Shown here: positions 53,638-64,000 of the stretch, one piece after another | Layout: every line of letters begins with the position of its first letter | Position numbering within the stretch: position 1 is the stretch's first letter | DNA from: Dictyostelium discoideum | Lineage: Eukaryota | Reading direction: 5' to 3' | Length of the DNA stretch: 64,000 nt | Assembly: GCA_000004695.1 (NCBI GenBank) | Contig: CM000152.2 | Location: forward strand, 3,008,001 to 3,072,000 | Translations under genes and position numbers: made by a program | Notes under the pieces: generated by a model | The model's input: the letters and a program-made list of their open reading frames with translations, nothing else | Databases searched by the model: none | What the model was told of the DNA's origin: nothing

Positions 53638-55720
53638 ATGGAAGGACCATTAATTTTAGTTTTAGTAAAATTTTTTTTAAAGTTTATTGCTTATTTATTT
53701 TCTTTATTAGCCATACCTATTACACTTTATTCAATAGTTTTAAATGTATTGTATCATTTTTTTAATTTTTTTTTTTTTATCCTCACAAAAACCCCACAAA
53801 AACCACTAACTTTTTTTTTTTTTTTTTTTTTTTATTTTCAGAAAATATTAAAATATGATTGTAAAGATAGTCCAGGAGGGCATTTTTTAATATTTATACC
53901 AAGAATAATTTTGGTAATACCATTTTTCTTTTCATTCCCATTATTAGCATATTTATATGGATGGCTAGTTGATAAAGCAATTCAAGGTGCAGTTTATGTA
54001 CCATTTGTAATTGCAATTGGATTTTTATTTGCAATAGTAATTGGTTATTGGTTCACAAGATCAATGAGTTTATTTAAAGATTCAATTAGTAAAATGAAAA
54101 TAACGTAAATATATATTTATAAAGAAGAAAAAAAAAAAAAAAAAAAAAGAATAATTACTAACCCATTTCAAAAATAAAGTGGAGATGAAAGTTATTTTAA
54201 AGGACTTGGAGAAAGTCTTTTAGATATTGGTGCAGTATTTGCATTTTTTATATCAATTATTACAATAGTTAGAATTCCATTCATGTTAATGGCATTAGCA
54301 AAAAGAAGTACTTTTGAGTATGATAAAAAGTCAATTAGAAAGAATTTATTCATTCATATGTTTTTAATCATTTTTGATATTTTATCATTACCTTCACTAT
54401 TAATTGTTTTATTAACAATTTTAAGAGCTGGTTCATTATTTTCAAAAATTAAAAAAGTAAGTTTTTATATTATTTTTATTTATTTATCAATTGGTTCCAA
54501 AAAAATATTATTATTATTATTATTTTTTATTTTTTTTCTAATCATTTTTTTATTAATTATCAAAAAAAGGATTATTCAACACCATGGAGAATATGTTTTA
54601 ATTTAAATCTTAGATTAGAAATTTTAAAAAATGCAATAATTGTTTTCTTAGAATTTGGAGTAATGTTATTAAGTTTTGTTTTAATTTTAGCACCATGGAG
54701 AATTCCAACTGCAATTAAAGAATTTAAAAAAGGTAAATCTCAAGGTGAAAAATTTGGACAATACTTTGTTGAAGAATTAAATGCATTAGTAGATTTAGGT
54801 GTAATTTTAATATGTACACCATTACTTGTTACTCTTTATAGAATACCTGTATTAATTCATAAATTTCGTAGAAATGATGTTGTAAGTATTAATTATTCTT
54901 ATTATTATTATTATTATTATTAAAATTTACAATAGAATTAATTTATTAATTTAACTTTTTTTATACAAAAAGACAAATGCAAGAGAAAGAAGAATTGAAG
55001 CATTATTTCAAACATTATTTATTATAGTTGATTTCTTTATATTATTATTTTCAATATTTATATTGATTACAATTTATAGAGTACCAAGAACCATTAGAAA
55101 GATTTTAGATTCACCACATAGATATTATGAAAAGATTACAATTCAATTCTTAAAGATTTGGGCAGATGTACCATTCTTGTTTATGGGATTAATTGTAACT
55201 ATTTTATTATGGAGAGCACCATTTATGTATACTCAAATGTATAGAGCAACCACTAAAAGAGATAGAAGATCAATTATTAAACGTCATTTCCTTTGGTTAT
55301 GGATTGATATTTTAGATTTACCATTTGTTTTAAGTAGTTTCATTATCTTATTAACATTATGGAGATCCTATGCATTCGTTTGTGGTTTCATTACAATGGA
55401 TACTCGTAAAAAGCAAAGAATATTCGTTATTAAACAAATCTTTTATTGGTTTATGGATATACCAACTTTTATTGGTCTATTATTAATTACTATCACAATT
55501 TATAGATTACCAAAAACCATAAAATTATTAAGAAGTTATTTTAAATATACAAATTTTGATATGGATTTATCAAAAGTTAATTCCTCCTCTTCAAATACCT
55601 CAAATACTTCTAGAAGAGATGCATATACTTTTGAAGATTCACAAATACCACCAATACCATCAGAAGAAGAAAATGAAGATAATCCAACACCAGTAATTCA
55701 AAATAATCAATCAAAATCAA

Positions 55721-55755
<35 letters not shown>

Positions 55756-58512
55756 TTAGAAATTGAAGAAGAAAGATTTTCATCTTGGCGTAAAGTTGTA
55801 TTAAGTCAATTATTTTTATTATTAATTGATATACCATTCCCAATATTAATCTTAATGACAATGTGGAGATTACCAATTTTAATTAAGAGATTAAAAGAAA
55901 TTAATGATCCAATTAGAAAATATTCATTAAGAAGATTATTAATTTTAAGATATGTTTTATTGACATTTTTAGATTTGCTTTGTTTGGTACCAACATTATT
56001 TATATTGTTAACAGGTTGGAGAATACCATCATTCATATCAATGGTAAAGCAATACCAACGTGGTGACAATGAACATAGATTACTTGGTTTACTATTTTGG
56101 GATACTCTAGTCGATATACCATTTGTATTGATGGGTTTAATTACAATACCATTCCTTTGGAGAGGTCCATTTTTAATTAAAACCATTTTCATCAAACGTG
56201 AATGTAAAACCGATAAAGAAGCAAGAATAATGGCAGCAAAATATTTGGGTGTATGTTTATTGGATTTGGTAATATTCTTGGAATTAATTATAATCACTTG
56301 TACAATGTGGAGATTTAAAACTTTTATTAAAACATTTAAAGATGAATTAAAAAGAAGAGAAACTGATAGATCATCACATAAATTCTTTCAAACTATTTGT
56401 TTCTTTTATTCAACATCAATCACTTGTATTATCATTGTAGTTGATATTTGGAAATCTATTCAAATTTTAATCATTTGTTTATTCATTAAACAAATTGCAC
56501 CACTTTATAGAGCAATTAAAACCAAAATTGCAGAAACACCAGATTTCACATTGGCTGATACTTTGAAAATTATAGATTACTATTTCCTTCATACTCTTAT
56601 GGATGTACCACATGTTTTCTTAATACCAATTAAATTATTGGCTTTCCCATTCCTACCAATTCATTTATATTTAAAGTATAGAATTAAAGCAAAACAAAAT
56701 GAACAAAGAAAATTACAATTGGAAAAGCAACGTGAAGAAATTCAAATTCATATTCAAAGACAATATGATAATTTGGATAATGATTTACCAATTATACCAA
56801 TACCAAATAATCCAACATTGGTTAAAGATGAAGATTTAATTGAAACATCTACTACAATGTCATTTATTCATTATCCAATACTTTGGTTACATGATACTTC
56901 AAAAGAATTATTAAATTATTATGAATTGGATAAATTCTTTATAATTAATATGTTTGGATTAGGTTTAATAGTAATTAATGAACTTTCATTGATTGTTGTA
57001 TTGGTAAATTGTTTATACATGTTTTTGGTTACACTTGGTTCACCAGCATGGAGAGGTACAATGGAAAAATATGGTTGGGATGCATTGGGTAAAGCTTCAG
57101 GTCCAATGGTGATTTTCGAATATATTACAGTGGTATTACAAGCTTTATTATTCCCAATATTCATTTTAATTCAAATTGCAATCGTACTATTACCAACTCT
57201 ATTGGCACTTGGTTTTTATCCATCACCAAATCTCGATTTCGTTCAATATTGGAAAGGTTTCTTTAGTGAACGTTCTTTCTGGAGAGAGGCTTCCCAATTT
57301 TCAAGTGGAGTTTGGGTGGCTCAAGCATTTTGGTTCTTGGTTTGTGTTGTATCTTGGCATGTAACATTTAAAGTCGCTAAAAAACATATACCAATTTTCT
57401 CACCATGGAAATCATATTATTGGTTAGTAAAGAAAGTATTCCATGGTAGAATTTGGTTCTGCTATAGATGGTTATTGGTTCAAGGTACTAGAGTTTGTTA
57501 TAAATTAAGAAGAGCTTGTTTAATTGGTGAATTGTTAATGTTCCCATTATTCATCATTTGGACTTGTTGGTCATTCATTATACCAATTGTAACAAAGATT
57601 TATTATATTTTCATTGCTTCTGGTATCATTTCATTAGGTTTAATAGTTATTGCTTATAAAGTTGTAAAAGAGAATTGGAATGATAAAGCTGCCAATGGTG
57701 GTCAAGATGGTGGTGCTGATAAGAATCAATTATTAATGAATCTACAATCGGTAGAATGTGAATTGCCAGAAAGTGGTGGTATAGTATTTAAATTCCAAGC
57801 TAATAAATCATATGATCAATCGTTAATTCAAATTAAAGATGCACGTCTTTCAATTGAAGGTGAATCACTTTGGGAGGCAATCTATCAAATTGTTGGTAAA
57901 ACTAAAGTTAGAGCGGCATTAATGGTAGTTGGTTATCCAATCTCTTTGGTACCAATGTTTTTAGATGTTGATCAAGTTAATCAAACTACTCAAAATTTGG
58001 ATGATTCTGGTAGAACTCAAAGAACATGTTCTTTCCAATTAAAAATTGGTATTGAAGGTAGTAAATTCTTAATGAAAAAGAAATTAATTACAAGATTATT
58101 AAATCAAATTAGAGAAATTAATAATCAACCATTCGAAATTGTAATTGAATATGGTAAAAAGAATTTTGGTTGGGAAAAACATGGAAATATACTTAAATTT
58201 AAAACTTCTGTTACAACATTATTTGATAATACAATTAATTCAATTAATAATTATGAAAGTTATTTTGATAATAATAATAATATTCGTTTAAATGATATTG
58301 GTACACCATCTTATAATAATAATAATAATAATAATAGATTATCTCCAATAGCTCCAGCCAGAAATAATACCTCATCAAGTGTTAGAAATGCAAGAAATAG
58401 TGTTGAAATTCAAAGAAGTCATTATACCATAAATAATGATGAAATTGATCCTGAACAAATTGAAATTTTAAGACAAATCCAACTTGAGAATGAAAAAAGA
58501 AAACAACAACAA

Positions 58513-58548
<36 letters not shown>

Positions 58549-58824
58549 GAAGAAAATGAAAATAAACAAGAACAAGAACAAGAACAAGAACATCAACAAG
58601 AACAAGAACATGAACAAGAACAAGGACTTGAAGAGCAAGAGCAAGAACAAATTAGTCCAGTGGTTGAATCAACATCATCATCATCATCATCCCAATCACC
58701 AATTGAATCATCAATTCAACCAGTGGTTCAAGAACAATCAATTACTATGGATGATTATATTTTAGATGATGGTCAAGATACTGAAGAATTTTATAAAAGT
58801 TTAGATAAAAGTAATAATGTGTAA
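53638..58824 (+). CDS. Large polytopic membrane protein (~1600 aa) built from at least 12 tandem 'hydrophobic helix + W-R-x-P' modules, plus a C-terminal Gln/Glu-rich tail; 4 exons (a 5th possible)
   Basis: Exons 53638..54104 (an optional in-frame 91-nt intron 53746..53836 cannot be excluded), 54180..54456, 54570..54881, 54973..58824. Recurrent unit: acidic-residue-[IVL]-P-F-(hydrophobic)n-G-L-(hydrophobic)n-[WY]-R-x-P-x-x-I. Examples: ADVPFLFMGLIVTILLWRAPFMY, LDLPFVLSSFIILLTLWRSYAFV, MDIPTFIGLLLITITIYRLPKTI, IDIPFPILILMTMWRLPILI, LDLLCLVPTLFILLTGWRIPSFI, VDIPFVLMGLITIPFLWRGPFLI, LDLVIFLELIIITCTMWRFKTFI, ILAPWRIPTAI, TLYRIPVLI, TIVRIPFML. Confidence 0.65.
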
Positions 58825-59275
58825 ATTAGTAAAAAAAAAAAAAAAAAAAAAGATAAAAAAATAATTCAAAATAACAATTTAGCTTTATATTTATTTATCT
58901 ATTTAATATATAACCATAAAAAAATAAATTATTAATACTGTTATATATTAATATTGAATTATTTTTTTTTTTTTTATAATTTTATTTTTTTAAAAACTTT
59001 TTTTTTTAGTTGATGAAGCAAATTCAAAAAAAAGAACTACATCTACAACAACAACACCTACAAAATTAAGAAAAAGAAATATGAAAAAATAACAACAATT
59101 GTTTTAAATACTCTTTATCTCTTTCTTCTGTATTTCTAAGTGTACTTAATTTTTTAAAAATTGTTTTTTTAATTTTTATTTGTTTCTTAAAAAAAAAAGA
59201 AAGAAAGAAATAAATTATATTATTTTATTGGTATATTATTATTATTTTTTTTATTTTTTTTATTTTTTTATTTTT

Positions 59276-60277
59276 TTATAAAATTGATTCAAATAATTTA
59301 ATTGCTTCTTTTGGAGCTGTTTTTTTAATTACAATTGAAAAATGACAATGATTATTAGTTTCATAACCGTTATTTGTTAAAATGATTGGCCAATTTTTTA
59401 ATTTTGATTCTAATAAAAGGTCATTTGGTGGAAGGAATCTAACTTGACCTTTAATGACTTCACAAAGGTCAAAACATTTATCAAATGATTTCATATTGAA
59501 TTTTTCGCACATAACTCTAATTATGGATTGGCAATTATCTGATGCAGTTACTTTAACAGATTTATAAGAATCATTTCTAAAATAAATTTTAATAACTTCA
59601 CTACCAGAACCGGTTAAACCTTTAATTGGACTTTCTACATATGGCGATGATTGCAATTGTACCATTTTTGAATTTGCATTTGGTTGTTGTGATATGAAAT
59701 ATTGATTGGAACTATTTTTTGATTCTTCATGGTGATGTTGTAAAATTGATTTTATAGCATGTTGATATTCTTCTTTTTTTTGATCTTGCTCTTTTTTAAC
59801 TTCTAATAGGGTAGCTTCGGAATTTGATATTCTTCCTTCTGCAACGTCAACCATTTCTTTTTGGAACCAAGATTGTGCTCTATCCAATGAAGTGAATCCA
59901 TTATTATCTTTTAAATTAATATTTGCACCTTGTCTAATTAACCAAAGTGCTAAAATATCGTATCTACCAGTTACCAATGAATGAAGTGGTGTCCAACCTC
60001 TATCGTCTTGAACATTAATATCACATCCTCTAGATACTAATAGTTCCAATACTTGTTTATGTCCTCTTGAGGATGCAATATGAATTGGACATGTACCTTT
60101 TTCATACTCTCTCATATTAATATCAACACCACAATCAATCATTTCTCTAACTTTTTTAACATCATTATTTGAAACTCCTTTAAATAAATCATAATCATAT
60201 TTTTCAATTCTATAATTACTTTTGATTTTATTAGTTGATGATGATGTCATTGGACTATAACTTGAATTACTAATCAT
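59276..60277 (-). CDS. Ankyrin-repeat plus Ras-association (RA/ubiquitin-like) domain protein, single exon, 333 aa
   Basis: ANK repeats (GTCPIHIASSRGHKQVLELLVSRGCDINVQDDRGWTPLHSLV...GANINLKDNNGFTSLDRA). C-terminal RA-like fold (SEVIKIYFRNDSYKSVKVTASDNCQSIIRVMCEKFNM...FDLCEVIKGQVRFLPPND). Confidence 0.7.
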   Translation of the reverse strand: MISNSSYSPMTSSSTNKIKSNYRIEKYDYDLFKGVSNNDVKKVREMIDCGVDINMREYEKGTCPIHIASSRGHKQVLELLVSRGCDINVQDDRGWTPLHSLVTGRYDILALWLIRQGANINLKDNNGFTSLDRAQSWFQKEMVDVAEGRISNSEATLLEVKKEQDQKKEEYQHAIKSILQHHHEESKNSSNQYFISQQPNANSKMVQLQSSPYVESPIKGLTGSGSEVIKIYFRNDSYKSVKVTASDNCQSIIRVMCEKFNMKSFDKCFDLCEVIKGQVRFLPPNDLLLESKLKNWPIILTNNGYETNNHCHFSIVIKKTAPKEAIKLFESIL

Positions 60278-60704
60278 TTTATTATTATTTATTTTTTTTT
60301 TTATTTTTTTTTTTATAACAAAAGATATATTTAATTTTATTAAAAGAAAAAAAAAAATTATTTATTTTATTTTTATTATTTATTATTTACTATTTTTTTT
60401 TATTATTTATTATTATTTTTTTTTTTTTTAAATTATTATTTTTGTTTAAAAAAAAAAAAAAAAAATTATAGTGAAATTTAATACTATTGTGTTTATATGG
60501 ATTCAATTTGAAGAAGGTGATTTAAATTTTTAAATGGTTAATTTATTTTCTTCATTCAAATAGAAAAAAAATACAAAAAAAAAATATAAATAATAAATAA
60601 TTATTTTTAATTTATTTTTGTATTTTTTTTTTTTTTTAAACATTTTGTTAAAATTTGATTATCAAAGATAAGAATTGTAGATTGAAAAAAACAACTAAAT
60701 TTGG

Positions 60705-60791
60705 ATTACATTCACACACTTTTCAAAAAATATATATAAAACAACACCAACACACAGTGATACAATAGAAACTATATGATTAATGTGTGGT

Positions 60792-60829
<38 letters not shown>

Positions 60830-60910
60830 ATTATTATTGTTATATTTACAACCCACTTCACAATTTTTTGACACAGTGGGTGTGTGTGTATGAAAGTGTG
60901 TATATATATG
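60705..60910. promoter_or_regulatory. CA-rich element (60711..60765) and G-box-like GT-rich element (60871..60905, CACAGTGGGTGTGTGTGTATGAAAGTGTGTATATATATG) in the divergent promoter between the ANK-RA gene and the S1P lyase gene
   Basis: C/A- and G/T-rich islands are rare in this ~85% AT intergenic DNA. They resemble the Dictyostelium CAE and G-box elements bound by GBF. A CCCACT...AGTGGG inverted repeat overlaps the G-box. Confidence 0.35.
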
Positions 60911-60952
60911 CTAATTGGTGTTCGGTTTAATTTTTCTTTTCTTTTTATTATA

Positions 60953-60993
<41 letters not shown>

Positions 60994-61483
60994 TTATTTG
61001 TTAAGATTATCGCCAACTGATGTTTTTACTTTATTCATTTTTCTTTAAAATGAAAAAAAAAAAATAATATTAATAATTAACTAATTTAATAATTAAACTG
61101 GGATATTTTTAGTATAATTTAATTGAATGGAGTTATTATTTTTTTTTTTTTAGCAAAGGTGACCAAAAAAAAAAAAACAAAATTAAAATCAAAACAAAGT
61201 ATGGCGTCACATTGTACATTTCACTAGATATTTTGAAAAACTGATTTTTTTTTTATTTTTTTATTTATTTTTGAATAAAAAAAAAAAAAAAAAAAGAAAA
61301 TTCATGATCAAAAAAAAAAAAAAAAAAAAAGAAAAAAGAAGAGGCACTGTTTCTTCATTCTTTTTTCTTTTATTGTTTTTATTTTAATAAAAAAAAAAAA
61401 AAGGTCAATTAATCATTTAATTTTATTAAACAATATTTACTTATATTAGAATTAAAAAAAAAAAAAAAAAAAAAATAATAAAA

Positions 61484-61854
61484 ATGAAATTTACAATTGA
61501 AATTGATGACAATTATATTAAAAATTTTATAACATTTAGTGGTTTAGCAATTGTCGCATATGCATACAAGAATTATAATAAAGAAGAATTAAATGAAAAA
61601 TTAAATAATGCAAAAACTAGTTTTTATAAGATAGCAAAAAGATATTTCCCATCAAAATTTAAATCAATTGAAAAAGAAATTAATGATGAAGTTACTGCAA
61701 TTATTGCTGAAAATTTCCCACCAATGGAAGGTGTTGAAAATCAATATGAAATTCCAAAAATTGGAAAAGATACAAAAACAATTTTAAATCATTTACAAAA
61801 AATTCATGATAAAGATATTAATCCTGGTATGTTTTTTTTTTATTTTTATTATTA

Positions 61855-61886
<32 letters not shown>

Positions 61887-63171
61887 AATAATTAAATTGA
61901 AAAAAAAAAAAAAAAAAGATGATGGTAAATTATTTGCATATTGTTATCCAACAAATAAAAAACATGAAGATGTTGTATTGAAATCATATGAGATGTTTGT
62001 GCATTTGAATGCATTAAATCCATTAGCATTTCAAAGTTTAAGAAGAATGGAAGTTGAAGTTGTACAAATGGCAATTAAAATGTTAAATGGTGGAAATGAA
62101 GCTAGAGGTACAATGACTACAGGTGGCACAGAGAGTATATTGATGGCAATGAAAGCCTATAGAGATAGAGGATATGAAGTCGATGGTATTAGAGAACCAG
62201 AGGTAGTTTTACCAATTTCAGCACATCCAGCATTTGAAAAGGCTGCAAAATATTTTGGAATTAAAACTAGATATGTTCAATCTGTGGATCCAGTGAGTGA
62301 TTTAGTGGATTTAAAAGAATATGAATCAAAAATCAATAGAAATACCATACTATTAGTTGCATCAGCTCCACAATATCCTCATGGATTAATGGATCCAATC
62401 GAGTCAATTGGTAAATTGGCAGAGAAATATAGAAAACCATTTCATGTTGATGCTTGTATTGGTGGTTTCTTTTTACCATGGTTAGAGAAATTAGGTTATC
62501 CAATTCCATGTAAATTTGATTTTCGTGTTCCATCAGTCACATCGATTAGTGCTGATATTCACAAATATGGCTATGCAACAAAGGGTTCATCAGTTTTGTT
62601 ATTCTCTTCTAATGAATATCGTAAATATCAATTCATTGCCTATACTCAATGGCCAGGTGGCTTATTCGTCTCTCCATCAATGTTGGGAACTCGTTCAGGT
62701 GGCAATATAGCAGCTGCTTGGTCATCTTTAGTCTCGATGGGTGAGAACGGATTCATGGAATATGTTGATAAAATTATGAAAACCTCAATTGCAATTCAAA
62801 AAGGTATCGTCTCATTACCATTGGGTAACGTTGAAATTATTGGTTCAAATCCTGTAATGTCAATCATTTCATTGAGATCTAAAGTTGTCAATATTCATGC
62901 GGTTGCAGACTCTATGGAAAAACATTTCTCTTGGAAACTTGAAAGACAACATAGACCAAATAGTATTCATATGACTTTAACACCATCTCATATTGGTATT
63001 GAAAAGGTTTTCTTGGAAAATTTGAAATTCTCAATTCAAGAAGTTATGGCTGATCCAAATTTAAGTAAAAAAGGTTCTGCTGCTATGTATAATGGTATCA
63101 ATAATATACCTTTAACTGCAATAGCTGATGATTTCTTAATTGAATTTTTATCAAAAACTTATTCAACTTAA
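61484..63171 (+). CDS. sglA: Sphingosine-1-phosphate lyase (PLP-dependent, group II decarboxylase fold), 2 exons, ~531 aa
   Basis: Exon 1 61484..61826 (N-terminal TM FITFSGLAIVAYAY; donor G|GTATGT). Exon 2 61919..63171. Matches SPL throughout: TMTTGGTESILMA, HVDACIGGFFLPW, FDFRVPSVTSISADIHKYGYATKGSSVLLF (PLP-binding Lys), YVSPSMLGTRSGG. Confidence 0.9.
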
Positions 63172-63597
63172 AAATAAAAAATAAAAATAATTAAATCTAT
63201 ATTAATAAATCTTATTTTTTTTAAAAAAAAAAAATCATAAAAATATTCCCTTCTCTAACAATTTGGAAAAAATTATTAAATTCTAAAAATAAACTTTTTT
63301 ATTGAAAAAAAAAAAAAATAAAATAAAAAAAAAAAAAAAAACAGAATGGTGACATTCACTTTTATTATATTTTATATCATTTTGTATATTTTTGAGTGCT
63401 ATATTTATCTATATTAAATTCATATTAAAAGTAAATCATTATTATAAATGAAAAAAAAATGAAAATTTTTTAATGCCATATTTAATATTTTTTGTGAATA
63501 AAATTGGGTTATAAAGATTTTTTTTTTTTTATTTTTTATTTTTTTTTTTTTTTTTTTTTTTTTGATTTTTGGGGTCAAAATTTTTTTTTTTTTTTTT

Positions 63598-63631
<34 letters not shown>

Positions 63632-63709
63632 CATTTATTATATAATTTGTTTATTTATAGTTATACAAATACTCTATTTTTAGTTTATTTTCTTTCTTTG
63701 CTATCTCTT

Positions 63710-63747
<38 letters not shown>

Positions 63748-63896
63748 AGTACTTTTTTAGAAAATCAAGATTAAAAAAAGAGAAAAAAAAAAAAAAAAAA
63801 AAATATAAAAAAAAACATAAAACATAAAACAAAAAAGAAACCAATATAATGAATTGAAGAAAAAAAAAAAAAAAAAAAAAAGAGATAGATAATAAA

Positions 63897-64000
63897 ATGG
63901 AAGAAAAAACTACAGTTTCAATTATAAATGAAGAAGGTGGCAATATTGACGAAAAAGAAAAATGTATTAATAATAACACAAATGATAATAAAAATAAAAA
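63897..64000 (+). CDS. Possible 5' end of a further gene (MEEKTTVSIINEEGGNIDEKEKCINNNTNDNKNK...) running off the window
   Basis: ATG at 63897 in a purine-rich context after an A-run; 34 open codons to the window edge. No recognisable domain. Confidence 0.2.
   Translation, partial: MEEKTTVSIINEEGGNIDEKEKCINNNTNDNKNK

Noticed and set aside
53746-53836. Possible 91-nt intron (GTATTG...T22ATTTTCAG) inside exon 1 of the WRxP membrane protein
   Set aside because: Both spliced and unspliced readings are in frame. The GTATTG donor is weak, so I kept the continuous ORF but note the alternative.

Overview
The window is AT-rich (~77% AT) eukaryotic nuclear DNA with the hallmarks of Dictyostelium discoideum. 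Genes are densely packed on both strands with short intergenic spacers made of homopolymer and A/T microsatellite. Introns are short (80-250 bp), begin GTAAGT or GTATGT and end in a T-rich tract plus AG. (AAT)n and (CAA)n tracts sit in frame and encode poly-Asn and poly-Gln.

A caveat on the ORF track: it uses alternative start codons (TTG read as M), so several track starts are not real ATG starts.

I can support about 27 protein-coding genes, one intact tRNA-Asn(GUU), a 5'-truncated non-LTR retroelement fragment and a number of repeats. There are no rRNA genes and no CRISPR arrays.

The housekeeping genes I recognise are glycerol kinase (3'-partial), UMP synthase pyr56, GH63 glucosidase I, the DEAD-box helicase ddx47, a mitochondrial carrier, a VPS9-domain protein, an IscA-type Fe-S assembly protein, dynactin p62, an ELMO-domain protein, an ankyrin+RA protein and sphingosine-1-phosphate lyase sglA.

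The accessory content is more interesting.
- Tandem array of Tgr/Lag-like surface proteins. Two large multi-exon type-I membrane glycoprotein genes (IPT/TIG-like module, tenascin-type EGF module, C-terminal TM) flank a decayed paralog that is a mosaic of the two intact copies.
- Psi/PA14 family pair. Two seven-exon genes (PA14 domain, Dictyostelium Cys-rich CTDC repeats, C-terminal TM, NPxY tail) flank an internally deleted remnant.
- tRNA-targeted retroelement. A TRE-like non-LTR fragment (ORF2 CCHC tail plus A45) lies immediately upstream of tRNA-Asn and is bracketed by a duplicated tRNA 5' half.
- Unrecognised membrane protein. A ~1600-aa polytopic protein built from at least 12 tandem 'hydrophobic helix + W-R-x-P' modules.
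- PWWP protein. It carries a long RD/RDRDW dipeptide-repeat domain.
- Promoter elements. CA-rich and G-box-like elements sit in a divergent promoter.

All calls rest on manual translation and motif recognition. No database search was run.
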